NCBI GenBank assembly: GCA_050950765.1 | Contig: JBMNIF010000002.1 | Location: forward strand, 224,001 to 288,000 | Direction: 5' to 3' | Source: Bdellovibrionota bacterium | GTDB lineage: Bacteria; Bdellovibrionota_C; UBA2361; JAAYZI01 | DNA length: 64,000 nt | Part shown: positions 48,752-58,928 of the stretch, one piece after another | Layout of the letters: each line of letters opens with the position of its first letter | Position numbering within the stretch: position 1 is the first letter of the stretch | Notes under the pieces: model-generated | Databases searched by the model: none | What the model was told of the DNA's origin: nothing | What the model saw: the letters and a program-made list of their open reading frames with translations, nothing else | Program-made: the position numbers and the translations under genes

Positions 48752-49799
48752 CACTCGTTTAAAGAAGTTTAATCCGCTACGATCAATCTTAGGCAATGCT
48801 TTCGGATACAATTTGGCTATGGATCTTGGGACGGCCAATACCCTCATCTACATTAAAGGTAAGGGAGTTGTTTTAAATGAACCGAGTCTTGTAGCGATGG
48901 AGGATAGTTCAAATAAAGCGGTGGCAGTAGGTCAAGCAGCGAAAGATATGTTCGGAAGAACTCCAAGTTCAATCAAGTGTATTCGTCCCCTGAAGGACGG
49001 CGTTATCGCCGACTTTAATGTGGCGAGCATTATGATTAAACACATGATTAATAAAGTTACTAAAAAACGTTTCTTAGCTAAGCCCCGTTTAATAGTCAGC
49101 GTCCCTTCCAGCATTACACAAGTTGAAAAACGTGCTGTTATACAAGCCGCCTACCTTTCAGGAGTGTACGAAGTACGTCTTGTTGAGGAACCTATGGCAG
49201 CCGCTCTTGGTCTAGGCTTACCGGTGGATAAATCTCCAGCAAATATGCTTATCAATATCGGAGGCGGTACTACCGAGATCGCTATTATTAGATCTAGTGA
49301 AACTGTTTATTCGAATTCAATCCGAGTCGCAGGAGATGTTATGGATGAAGCTATTCAGCTTTGCATAAAACGTAAATTTGATCTCCAGATCGGCATCCTT
49401 GAAGCTGAACGCATTAAGATAGCGATCGGTTCGGCGCTTCCTAGTACACAAAAAAGCACCACTCCCGTTTTCGGACGAGATCTGATCCGTTGTCTACCGC
49501 AAAAAATTGAGGTAGCAGACGATTTAATTCGTACTGCACTAAATGAATCGATTACTACGATTATATCTTCTATTATTACAGCGCTAGAGCAAACAGATCT
49601 TAAGGTTGCCCAAGACATCATCGAACGTGGAGTCTATTTAGCAGGTGGTGGCGCACTTTTATCTGGACTTCCGGAACGTCTTTCTCGAGAGGCAGGGGTA
49701 GCATTTCATTTAGCGCAAGATCCCACTAAGGCAGTAATTCATGGAGTTGGTCATGTAGCAGACAACTTAAAAGAAAATCATATCTATTGTGTAGCGTAA
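48732..49799 (+). CDS. mreB: MreB/Mbl-family actin-like ATPase (stand-alone paralog)
   Basis: DLGTANT, NEPS, RPLKDGVIADF, EEPMAAA, NIGGGTTE, LAGGGALL. Confidence 0.88.
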   Translation: MSSAGVNTRLKKFNPLRSILGNAFGYNLAMDLGTANTLIYIKGKGVVLNEPSLVAMEDSSNKAVAVGQAAKDMFGRTPSSIKCIRPLKDGVIADFNVASIMIKHMINKVTKKRFLAKPRLIVSVPSSITQVEKRAVIQAAYLSGVYEVRLVEEPMAAALGLGLPVDKSPANMLINIGGGTTEIAIIRSSETVYSNSIRVAGDVMDEAIQLCIKRKFDLQIGILEAERIKIAIGSALPSTQKSTTPVFGRDLIRCLPQKIEVADDLIRTALNESITTIISSIITALEQTDLKVAQDIIERGVYLAGGGALLSGLPERLSREAGVAFHLAQDPTKAVIHGVGHVADNLKENHIYCVA

Positions 49800-49826
49800 A
49801 TATTTTCGTCAGCACCTTAAAACCCT

Positions 49827-51335
49827 CTAACAATCGTATTGAGAGAGGTAAGTTTTTATAGCTTTATTAGCTAATATACAGATTAAAATAGTATTAATAA
49901 TAATCAGTAAATATTTTGTCACTCCTTCTACCTCAAACCCTGCAAATGGTAGTGTCGCCAGATACAATATTATTTCGCTATTAAAATAAAGTGCGTCACT
50001 AATTGCCAATAGCAGCCATCCGGCGGGATCTACGCTAGTGTAATGCATTAAAATTGCGATGAACCCTATTTTACATCCGAGAACGGAGATAAGGGGAGCA
50101 AAAAGTGGATTACAGATAAACCCTATCAGAGAGAGATAATTAAACCAATATAAGACAAACGGTGTCGTAAAAGCGGAGGCATAGATACACACTCTAAGAT
50201 ATGCCATTAAAATTGAGTCAGTCTTTTGATATTGAGCTGCAACGTTAATCCCGCAGAGCGCTGCAAACGTCAATTGAACACCTGGATCTAAAAAAGATCC
50301 CGGCCAGATTAAATTCAGGATAAGGAACGCCACTGATATAGAATGCAGCATCCCCGTTGAGCGTTCAAAGGTTGCAGAAAGCACCACCACCAGAGCCGCC
50401 ACACCAGCACGTAGACTGGGGCCTTCAATACCTGCCAAACCGATAAAAGCAGCAGTTCCTAAGAGTGCTAACCAAGCTGGGATCTGGCGAAATTTTAGAC
50501 TCCTCCTCCTAAGAGGAAGAACCCTATAAAAAAAGTTAAAGGCTGCGAATAGAAAATAATACAACAACGTAATTTGATAACCGGAGAGGACTAAAAGATG
50601 TGCCAACCCTGTTTTTTTAAAGCCATCTTCTACATATTTACTAATCAGATCCCTATATCCGATTGATGCCGCAAGGAAGATCGCTCCTCGTTCTCCATCT
50701 CCGATAACGTTACGAATAATCTTAGCAAGATGTTTTTTTGCACGTACGAAAAACGGCGCTACCATCTTCTCCGTTATTAGAGCGTGCTTGATTTTACACA
50801 TCGCAATATAACCACGTCTTCTAAAATACGCCTCTTTTTCTTTAGGAAAGGGGGAGAGCTTGGCGTGAAAGGTGATAATATCTTCTTGATCAACACCGTA
50901 TAAATTTTTCCACGGTAGATAAACGCCGCTACAAAAAAGGCGTTCTCCTGTTATAGAGAGATCTTTTTTTGTTTCATCTTGTAAAACAGCAGAACTCTCA
51001 ATTACCTTAATAGAAAGTGTGATGCTTTCAGGTGCGAATCTTCGTGGAGGCTCATCAACACTCCCCTTAATAATTACCTCTTCATGTTTAATTTCATACT
51101 TTGCTGGAGAAACTAAAAGCGCCGCTATTATACCAACGAAGATCAGAGCGATGTTTTTACGACTCATCCATATCGAAAATAGAGCAAGGATAAAACAGAC
51201 TCCCCAACCCCAACTTGAACATTCTCCAAAGCCGATCATCTCACCGAGAGAAAGTAAAAATGCTGGTACAAGACACGGAAAGTCACTGCGTAAGCGTGCC
51301 TGTAAACGTTTATCTTTCAGTTTAAGGATGAACAT
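49827..51335 (-). CDS. comEC: ComEC/Rec2 competence membrane protein
   Basis: TGLAHLLVLSGYQ, PSLRA, DPGVQLTFAA; no beta-lactamase domain. Confidence 0.88.
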   Translation of the reverse strand: MFILKLKDKRLQARLRSDFPCLVPAFLLSLGEMIGFGECSSWGWGVCFILALFSIWMSRKNIALIFVGIIAALLVSPAKYEIKHEEVIIKGSVDEPPRRFAPESITLSIKVIESSAVLQDETKKDLSITGERLFCSGVYLPWKNLYGVDQEDIITFHAKLSPFPKEKEAYFRRRGYIAMCKIKHALITEKMVAPFFVRAKKHLAKIIRNVIGDGERGAIFLAASIGYRDLISKYVEDGFKKTGLAHLLVLSGYQITLLYYFLFAAFNFFYRVLPLRRRSLKFRQIPAWLALLGTAAFIGLAGIEGPSLRAGVAALVVVLSATFERSTGMLHSISVAFLILNLIWPGSFLDPGVQLTFAALCGINVAAQYQKTDSILMAYLRVCIYASAFTTPFVLYWFNYLSLIGFICNPLFAPLISVLGCKIGFIAILMHYTSVDPAGWLLLAISDALYFNSEIILYLATLPFAGFEVEGVTKYLLIIINTILICILANKAIKTYLSQYDC

Positions 51336-51449
51336 TAATTAAAGACTGTTTAAAAAAAAGAGAAAACGCCAACTATTTCAAGCAATTGCCAATCTATAAA
51401 AGTATTGCTAGCATCCCCTCTCGTAATTAATTGAAAAAGAAGTAGCTAA

Positions 51450-52166
51450 ATGCACCGCTACTTCTTTAAATTTTTGATAACCATGCAGACTTCGCACAAT
51501 TTCAGAATTTATTTCCTTTTTTGTCTCTGTTTTATCTTAAGCGCTTGTGGCTCCGCGCAAAAAAGTGAATTTAATGATTATCGGGATGGGCTACTACTAA
51601 CTCGAAGTATGATCTCTCGTTTCGGTGAATATTCTGGAGACACTACATATTTAACGTATCTTAAAACAAGGCTCCTCAAAAAAGCCCCTTTTTCAGATAA
51701 AACTAATTATAAGATCGTCGTGTTAGACACAGATCAAGCGTTAGCTTTTTCACCTGGTGGCGGATTTATTTTACTATCGCGCGGGATGATTAAGCGGTGT
51801 AAGACTGAATCTGAATTAGGGTTTATCATTGCACATGAGATCTCTCATCAATATCTTGGGCACACCTTGATCCTGCATGAATCGTTAGATTCTAAAGATA
51901 TCAATTCTTACAGCAAGGATCAGGAACTAGCCGCCGACAAACTTGCTATCGCATTAGTAGCAACAGCAGGTTACAACCCCAACACAGCTTTACTCGCTAT
52001 CGTTAATGCTTATTATAACAACCCCTATATTCACAATTCATACTCTCATCCAGATATGGAAGAACGGATCTCCGCTATTCGATCAACCATCGACTCCGCA
52101 AAATGGCTCCCCCCAGGAACGATTAATAGACGCGCTTTCCTTATATTTATCAACAAACTGCCGTAG
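51450..52166 (+). CDS. M48 family metallopeptidase, probable lipoprotein
   Basis: LSAC lipobox; AFSPGGG; AHEISH; QELAAD; SHP..ERI. Confidence 0.88.
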   Translation: MHRYFFKFLITMQTSHNFRIYFLFCLCFILSACGSAQKSEFNDYRDGLLLTRSMISRFGEYSGDTTYLTYLKTRLLKKAPFSDKTNYKIVVLDTDQALAFSPGGGFILLSRGMIKRCKTESELGFIIAHEISHQYLGHTLILHESLDSKDINSYSKDQELAADKLAIALVATAGYNPNTALLAIVNAYYNNPYIHNSYSHPDMEERISAIRSTIDSAKWLPPGTINRRAFLIFINKLP

Positions 52167-52220
52167 CTTTTTTAAATTTTCTAAGAGATAGCTAAAAAAG
52201 TTTAGCACTTAAAAAAGACG

Positions 52221-53789
52221 TTATCCTTGTGCCATATCTAATAATTGTTGCGGAGTTTCAGGAGAAGAATTTGAGATAGCGATCGTCAACTGATCTCCGG
52301 CAATAAGGCGAGTTCCGCCACACGGTATAAGTGGCTCCCCTGCTCTCGTAATGGTCAGCACTAGCGCGGCTGCGGGGAGATTTAGATCCATCAAACGTTT
52401 TCCTGCCATAAAAGATTGCGGCTCCACTACTAAATCTAACAATTTAGGCTCGTTGAACAATTCCAGTTTAGCTTTATCAGTAGAAAGAGTCGCTCTTAAA
52501 AGAGCCTCATAAACAGGTCTTCCGCCAACCATTTGAGCTACAAAATATGACAACATACACGCTACCATCAATGGAAATAAAAGATTATAACCTCCTGTCA
52601 TTTCGAACGTTAAAATCACACCAGTTAACGGTGCCTGTACTACCCCCGTAAAATAAGCAGCCATAGCAAGCACTGCCCAAGCTTGAAAGGGAATCGTCGG
52701 AAGAAAAGTTTGTAATAACAAAGCGAGGCACAACCCCATTAACGCTCCTTGCGCTAACATCGGAGTGAAGATCCCCCCAGGTGCTGAAATAGCATAACAA
52801 GCAATATTTAAAACAATTTTTAAAAGTAATAATGCAAAAACAACTACTAATGTTTGCTGTATACCCTCTCCAGACTGAAAGAACTCTTTAATAATAAGCC
52901 CTCCTGGACCTAACGAAATCGGTAGTAAAACTCCGATCAGCCCTACCGCAAAACCTACGATCAGAGCACGATTACGTACAAACCAAAGATTAGGATTTTT
53001 TTGAGTATAGCGTACTGTTTTAACTAACAGCATGCTGTAAGATCCTCCCATAACTCCAGCGCAGATCCCAACAACTATCGCAGCAGGCAGAATCTTTAAA
53101 CTCAATAACTCTGCTTCATTTTCCATAGGAATATAAAGAGAAGGTTGTGCTCCGATTACAACTCGTGTCACAACATCAGCTAAAACTGTTGCAACCAAAG
53201 CCGTCCCATAAGTTAAAGCAGAGAACTCTTTCCTTAATTCTTCAAGAACAAATACAAACCCTGCCAGTGGTGCATTAAAAGCAGCTGCCAGCCCCGCACC
53301 TGCACCACATGCCACATAATGCAGGCGCAGTTTGCTCGGGAGGTGTAATAATTTAGTTAAACCCAGCCCTATGGCTGCTCCAAGATGAACAGTTGGACCC
53401 TCCCTCCCTAAAGTGAAACCCGTTCCGATTACAAGCAAACCTCCGATAAACTTGACCCATAAAACTCTTAACCAACGAATGCTCCCAAGTTGAATCAAAA
53501 CACCTTTAACTTGAGGAATCCCGCTACCTGAAGCTTCTGGGCAATATTTTTTCGTTATTGTAACAGCAAGCCATGCACACAAAGCACAGAAGCAAGGAAA
53601 GACGACGATACCGAAGGTATGTTTTTCAGACCACCTTAAAAGCAAGTGTGCATATTCAAAGACTACTCCCAAACAGATCTGAAAAAGCACAGCTACAATG
53701 CCAACTGAAACTCCGACCAATGCGGCATGCCCGAACTGCAACCGTTTTCTTCCACGTAAAGATCTTAAACTTTTCCTATGATTAACCAT
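52221..53789 (-). CDS. clcA: ClC H+/Cl- exchange transporter with TrkA-C domain
   Basis: GSGIP, GREGPTV, AAAFNAPLAG, PGGIFTP; C-terminal RCK-C-like domain. Confidence 0.92.
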   Translation of the reverse strand: MVNHRKSLRSLRGRKRLQFGHAALVGVSVGIVAVLFQICLGVVFEYAHLLLRWSEKHTFGIVVFPCFCALCAWLAVTITKKYCPEASGSGIPQVKGVLIQLGSIRWLRVLWVKFIGGLLVIGTGFTLGREGPTVHLGAAIGLGLTKLLHLPSKLRLHYVACGAGAGLAAAFNAPLAGFVFVLEELRKEFSALTYGTALVATVLADVVTRVVIGAQPSLYIPMENEAELLSLKILPAAIVVGICAGVMGGSYSMLLVKTVRYTQKNPNLWFVRNRALIVGFAVGLIGVLLPISLGPGGLIIKEFFQSGEGIQQTLVVVFALLLLKIVLNIACYAISAPGGIFTPMLAQGALMGLCLALLLQTFLPTIPFQAWAVLAMAAYFTGVVQAPLTGVILTFEMTGGYNLLFPLMVACMLSYFVAQMVGGRPVYEALLRATLSTDKAKLELFNEPKLLDLVVEPQSFMAGKRLMDLNLPAAALVLTITRAGEPLIPCGGTRLIAGDQLTIAISNSSPETPQQLLDMAQG

Positions 53790-53976
53790 ATTATTTCTTA
53801 TCTCAATTTAGAGGTCTTCACGCTATAAGTTATAAAATACGACCCTTAAAAAGGTTTTACTCAAAATAGTTAGAGCGCATTTTAAAAATATTAGCGTTCA
53901 CCTCTAAGATATCTTTAGAATAATTCTCTTTAAAAAATAAGCTTCCCCATCAAAGCAGACCTTAAGTATTTACTAC

Positions 53977-54774
53977 TTATGGAAGTTTTTGACAGCACGG
54001 ACAGAAGTGTGTACCGCGCTGCCCCACGACAAGACGTTGAATTAAGGTCTTACAACGAGAACACGGCAAGCCGCTTCTCCCGTAAATCTGCGGAGTATAA
54101 TCCCCAACCACCACATTATCACCGAAATCAGTTCCTTCTGCTGAAATGGCTTCTTTTAACACTCTCTGAATTGATCTGTGTAACAACTTAACTTCGTTTT
54201 TTGTAAGAGTTTTAGCTTTTCGTAACGGATGGATTTTAGCACGCCATAACGCTTCATCAGCATAGATATTACCGATCCCAGCGATACTGTGTTGATCAAG
54301 TAAAAGTGTTTTAATCGGCATCTCCCGCTTACAGATCTCACCTAAAATCTTAGGAGAAAAGTGTGCAGCAAGTGGCTCTACCCCCAGATCTCCTAAAACA
54401 GAAGCGAGATCTTCAACATAGTAACACCTCCCGAATTTACGTACATCATCAAAACGTAACTGCCTAGAACTCTCAAAAGAGACCACTAGCCGTGTATGTT
54501 TGATAATTCCTGCACCTTTAGGTAACACTGCTAACTTTCCACTCATACGTAAATGAAATAATAGCCAACCGTTCTTATCTAATTCAAAGACAAGATACTT
54601 CCCTCTTCTCGTTAGCGCTGTGATCTCTCGTCCCTTTAGCTTCGTTTTAAACGTTTTCAGCGCTGGGCAAGCAATAGTATTATCCCAATACACCGTGACA
54701 GCACGAACCTTTTGTCCAACAACATCAGGTCTTAAACGACGAACTGTAGATTCCACCTCAGGGAGTTCCGGCAT
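53977..54774 (-). CDS. mutM: Formamidopyrimidine-DNA glycosylase
   Basis: MPELPEVE, RRGKYL, HLRMSG, GIGNIYADE, C-terminal zinc finger. Confidence 0.97.
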   Translation of the reverse strand: MPELPEVESTVRRLRPDVVGQKVRAVTVYWDNTIACPALKTFKTKLKGREITALTRRGKYLVFELDKNGWLLFHLRMSGKLAVLPKGAGIIKHTRLVVSFESSRQLRFDDVRKFGRCYYVEDLASVLGDLGVEPLAAHFSPKILGEICKREMPIKTLLLDQHSIAGIGNIYADEALWRAKIHPLRKAKTLTKNEVKLLHRSIQRVLKEAISAEGTDFGDNVVVGDYTPQIYGRSGLPCSRCKTLIQRLVVGQRGTHFCPCCQKLP

Positions 54775-54968
54775 AGTACAGATCCTAATCTTAAAAATAC
54801 GATCCTGACATTTATAAGGTAGCGCCTCGTCAGAATTGATATTTTATCTCTACTCAATTATAGATGCGGTCATATTGTGTAGAGCATATTCAGTATGAGA
54901 TACTTTTAACGTGTGCTGAGTTAACAAACAACACTCCCTTTTGTAAATAATAAAGATATAAGAAACTG

Positions 54969-55322
54969 ATGAAGAACCTTTCACCTGAAGAAATTACAAC
55001 TTTGACAGATCGTTATTTCCACGGTTCAGAACGGTATAACTGTGCGCAGACCGTCTTACGTATTATCCAAGAAATAATCGATTCCCCTATTAGTACTATC
55101 CAAACTGCCGCTGCTTGGGGTGGCGGTAGATCTCCTAACGGCTATTGTGGTGCTCTCTACGCTCTTTTATCTCAAGTACCAGAGGCTGAACACGAAGAAG
55201 TCATAAACACTTTTAAATCAGAAGTTGGTTCTCCCTACTGTCGAGAGATTCGCCGCAACAATACTGTCCCGTGTAGCAGATGCGTTATAACAGCTGCTAC
55301 TATTTTTAATACTCGTTCATAA
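54969..55322 (+). CDS. C_GCAxxG_C_C family putative redox protein
   Basis: YNCAQTV, WGGG..YCGAL, CREI, C..C. Confidence 0.8.
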   Translation: MKNLSPEEITTLTDRYFHGSERYNCAQTVLRIIQEIIDSPISTIQTAAAWGGGRSPNGYCGALYALLSQVPEAEHEEVINTFKSEVGSPYCREIRRNNTVPCSRCVITAATIFNTRS

Positions 55323-55335
55323 AAAGAGAACGTTT

Positions 55336-56151
55336 TTAGAGCATCCCTCTTTTACTTAACATTTGAGTTAATGTTAAAGCGCGTTCCGGCGTCATAAGAG
55401 CAAGGATCTGCGCCATTCTTTTATCTGGCATCCTCTCTATCAATGAAAGTGAAATAGTGACATCAAGTTGCTCTAAGAGTTGCGCTGCTTCTTTAGGTCC
55501 CATCGAGGAGTAAACAGCTGCCAACTGATCAAGTTGCACATTACGTTTTCTATCTCCTTTTTCTCTCTCACCTTTAAGTTGTTCTGACAACTCTCGTAAC
55601 TGCGTTAAACGTGCAGCAAACTCCCGATCGCGCCTCTCTATCTCTTCTTCACGAACATCTAATTTTTTTCCACGCTCTTCAAGATCTACACGTCTTTCAT
55701 CAAGGCTTTTTAAAATGACCAACTCATCTTCACTAAATGTTGGGAGTGACACAACAGGAAGTGTCGCCATAGTAGCATCAACTGTCCCGCCTTGAATTAG
55801 TCCGGAAGCCGCCACTGCACCAAGTATTAATTTAAAAACTCCCACGCAGACAATACACAACAAAGCTGTGCGTTGTCCTGAAGCGCTCCGTCTTCTCGAA
55901 GTTATCGAAAGAGGTTTTTCAGGAGAGTTTAAAGGAGATTTAAGACCTATTCCGGATCTACCGATATCTCTAGAATCTAAAGCTGACTTGGCAGAAACAG
56001 AAGATATTTTTTGCTGTGTAGATTTCTCTTTTTTATCGTTCTCAATTAGAGATTCCAGCCTTTTTTTGCCGTACTTACTCTCCATAGCACTTTTCAATGA
56101 ATCATAGAGTTGATTAGCTTCTTCTCTGGTCATTCCTTTTTTCACTACCAT
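55336..56151 (-). CDS. MotE/FlbB-like flagellar protein (MgtE_N-like domain)
   Basis: After fliJ; TM, coiled coil, QLAAVYSSMGPKEAAQLL..MPDKRMAQILALMTPERA. Confidence 0.8.
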   Translation of the reverse strand: MVVKKGMTREEANQLYDSLKSAMESKYGKKRLESLIENDKKEKSTQQKISSVSAKSALDSRDIGRSGIGLKSPLNSPEKPLSITSRRRSASGQRTALLCIVCVGVFKLILGAVAASGLIQGGTVDATMATLPVVSLPTFSEDELVILKSLDERRVDLEERGKKLDVREEEIERRDREFAARLTQLRELSEQLKGEREKGDRKRNVQLDQLAAVYSSMGPKEAAQLLEQLDVTISLSLIERMPDKRMAQILALMTPERALTLTQMLSKRGML

Positions 56152-56204
56152 ATAAGAACTCCTTTTCTTATAAACAAAACTCTCAAATACAAATAATAAA
56201 ACTC

Positions 56205-56645
56205 TTAAAAGTTCAACTTATTGTAAGCACTCCTTTGAGTCGTCATCTCATCAATCGCTTTTAGCTCCTCTTTATTAAGATAATCAGCATATTCCGCTTT
56301 GCGCTTTTCTTTAAGAGTTGCCAACGTTTCCTCGTCCTTTGCGGCTTCAATATAAGCATCTTCAGCTTTTGCAACCGCTTCCTGCGATCTCTCTATCTCT
56401 TCCTTTTGATGCTCAATATCTTCTTTTAGACGCTCTCCATAAGCACCTAAGAGATGAATTTCTTCTGCCGTAATTTGGATATTATCCTCAATAGTGTTGA
56501 GTAGAGCTGCCATCTCCAACTCTTTCAGATGCTCCATCTCTCCAAAAAGCTTATTTCTACTTAAGATCAACTCTTTAGTTTTCTCATCCTTAAGAAGTTT
56601 TCTATACTGCAAAACTCGCTCAAGCCTGAATTGAAATTTCTTCAT
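56205..56645 (-). CDS. fliJ: Flagellar export chaperone FliJ
   Basis: KFQFRLERVLQYRK..LKEKR..EELKAIDE; follows fliI. Confidence 0.9.
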   Translation of the reverse strand: MKKFQFRLERVLQYRKLLKDEKTKELILSRNKLFGEMEHLKELEMAALLNTIEDNIQITAEEIHLLGAYGERLKEDIEHQKEEIERSQEAVAKAEDAYIEAAKDEETLATLKEKRKAEYADYLNKEELKAIDEMTTQRSAYNKLNF

Positions 56646-56680
56646 AAAACCTCACTTCTGTTAAAAACCTTAGAACAACG

Positions 56681-58024
56681 CTACTCTCCTTCCTCTTTTA
56701 CGCTTTCCTCTTTAACGCCTTCCTCCAAAATCTTTGCTAATAACTCCCACGATTCCTTAATACCAAACCTCTCACCTGGTTTCTGCTTTAAAAATTCAAT
56801 TAACTTATCATTTAACGATACAGCTAAATCCACCTTCGGGTTTTGACCTCTTTTATAAGCTCCGATCGTTATAAGATCTTCATTGTCTCTATAAGTAGCT
56901 AGCAGATCTCGTGCCAAAGCTGCCAAATCTAAGACTCCATTCGGCACTATTTCTGACATAACACGAGAAACAGAATCTAAGACACTGATGGCGGGGAACT
57001 GACCTTTCGCTGCCAACTTTCGATCGAGGATAATATGTCCATCTAAGATACCACGAACGGCATCTGCGATCGGTTCATTCATATCATCGCCTTCAACCAA
57101 AACCGTATAAAGCCCTGTAATTGAGCCTTTTTCTGCAGTTCCTGCTCTTTCCAAGACTTTAGGCAACATTGCAAAAACTGATGGGGTATAACCACGTGTA
57201 CTAGGTGGTTCTCCGATTGCTAATCCAACTTCACGTTGAGCCATAGCTAAACGGGTAATAGAATCAATCATTAAGACAACCTGCTTACCTTGATCTCTAA
57301 AATATTCAGCGATAGTCGTAGCTAAAAAAGCTGCTCTAATGCGCATTAAAGCTGATTCATTACCTGTTGCGACAACCACAACGGATCGTTTTAATCCTTC
57401 TGGTCCCAGATCACGCTCGATAAACTCTCTAACCTCCCTACCACGTTCACCAACCAACCCGATTACGTTAATGTCACTGGTTGAATGTTTAGCAAACATA
57501 CCAAGCAAGGTACTTTTTCCAACACCGGAACCTGACATAATACCGACACGTTGCCCCTTGCCTACTGTCAAAATAGTGTTAATCGCTTTGACACCTAGAT
57601 CAAACGGCTCTTTGATACGTGTTCTTGTAATAGGATTTGGCGGATCTCGATAAAGTGGAACTAAAGTTCCGACCTCATCAAGTGTTGAGCCGTCAATCGG
57701 GTTGCCCATAGCATCAATCACCTTTCCGCACAAACTATCTAAAACCACCACATCAGAGCTGTCTCCCGTAGCAGTAATTATAGCTCCTGAAGCTAGACCT
57801 TGCGGCTCGGCATAAGGCATCAATAAAACCTTATCTTGACGAAACCCCACTACTTGCGCCTGAATAATATGTCCTCCGGAACGAATTGAAACTTGTGAAC
57901 CTACGGAAACAAACGGCCCCGTTCCTTCAATAACCAAACCTGTTACATCCGAAACCTTTCCGCGCAACTCATAATTACTAGCGAGTTTCATGGCGGCATT
58001 GGCTTCTGTTAATAAACTACCCAT
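56681..58024 (-). CDS. fliI: Flagellar export ATPase FliI
   Basis: GSGVGKST, GLVGERGREVREF, DSITRLAMAQRE, GYTPSVF, LDGHIIL. Confidence 0.96.
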   Translation of the reverse strand: MGSLLTEANAAMKLASNYELRGKVSDVTGLVIEGTGPFVSVGSQVSIRSGGHIIQAQVVGFRQDKVLLMPYAEPQGLASGAIITATGDSSDVVVLDSLCGKVIDAMGNPIDGSTLDEVGTLVPLYRDPPNPITRTRIKEPFDLGVKAINTILTVGKGQRVGIMSGSGVGKSTLLGMFAKHSTSDINVIGLVGERGREVREFIERDLGPEGLKRSVVVVATGNESALMRIRAAFLATTIAEYFRDQGKQVVLMIDSITRLAMAQREVGLAIGEPPSTRGYTPSVFAMLPKVLERAGTAEKGSITGLYTVLVEGDDMNEPIADAVRGILDGHIILDRKLAAKGQFPAISVLDSVSRVMSEIVPNGVLDLAALARDLLATYRDNEDLITIGAYKRGQNPKVDLAVSLNDKLIEFLKQKPGERFGIKESWELLAKILEEGVKEESVKEEGE

Positions 58025-58035
58025 CTTTAGAATCT

Positions 58036-58872
58036 CTATTTTGCTATTTTTAAAACTTTATCTTGAACTCGTTCCCAAGCGAGATCTAACTGATAATCGA
58101 TCTCCCCTGCTGAGGTCTCCACAATACAACCAGCTTTAATCGTTGGATCGGCCACAAATTGCCAGTTTTCTTGAAATCCCTTAACTGAATTGCCGACTCC
58201 AACAAGGTTGATAAATTCAAAATCCTGAGGACTAACTCGAATAGTTTTTACTTCTGCCGTTCCTCCCAATGCCACCGCTTTATTGATAATATCAACGATG
58301 TATTCGGGGTTAATTTCAACAGCATCATCAATAATTTTCTTTGAGATAGCGAGCGCTAGGTCAAGAGTTTGCCTCTCGATAGTTTTTAGATTTTCTTCTA
58401 TCTGTTTTTGAATATCAGAGAAAACTTCCTGCATTTTCTGTTTATAGATCTCATCCTGCTCCTGCAACTTTGCATTCATTTCAGCAGAAGCTACGGCATA
58501 ACCTTCATCATATGCCTCTTTTTTAACACCTTCTAACTCTGCTTCAGTTAAGGTTGTTGTCACTATTTCAGGTTCTTTACTCTTTTCTTCTTCGTCGTGT
58601 TTTTGATACGCCAACTCCTTTGGTAAATGCCAACGCACTTTTGATTCTATTGGAGGGAGACCACCGAAGTCTTCAAACATCGGATCCACTATTCCCTCAG
58701 ACCCTGCGACAACATCAAACTGAGTCGGCAAAAAATCTTCCGACAAATGCACTTCTCCGATCACTGGCCAAGAAGCATCTTGATACTCCGTCGGTTGATA
58801 GGTCGTTTGAGTAAGACTAAGATCCACTAAGTCTTCTTGTTCCTGTATTTGCTCTGATTCTTGATGATCCAC
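58036..58872 (-). CDS. fliH: Flagellar assembly protein FliH
   Basis: EAYDEGY, LALAISKKII, IRVSPQD, DPTIKAGCIVETSAGEID. Confidence 0.88.
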   Translation of the reverse strand: MDHQESEQIQEQEDLVDLSLTQTTYQPTEYQDASWPVIGEVHLSEDFLPTQFDVVAGSEGIVDPMFEDFGGLPPIESKVRWHLPKELAYQKHDEEEKSKEPEIVTTTLTEAELEGVKKEAYDEGYAVASAEMNAKLQEQDEIYKQKMQEVFSDIQKQIEENLKTIERQTLDLALAISKKIIDDAVEINPEYIVDIINKAVALGGTAEVKTIRVSPQDFEFINLVGVGNSVKGFQENWQFVADPTIKAGCIVETSAGEIDYQLDLAWERVQDKVLKIAK

Positions 58873-58928
58873 GTAATGTTCTCCGATTAGATATTTCGTT
58901 TCAAAAGCAGATCTTTACTTACAAAAAT

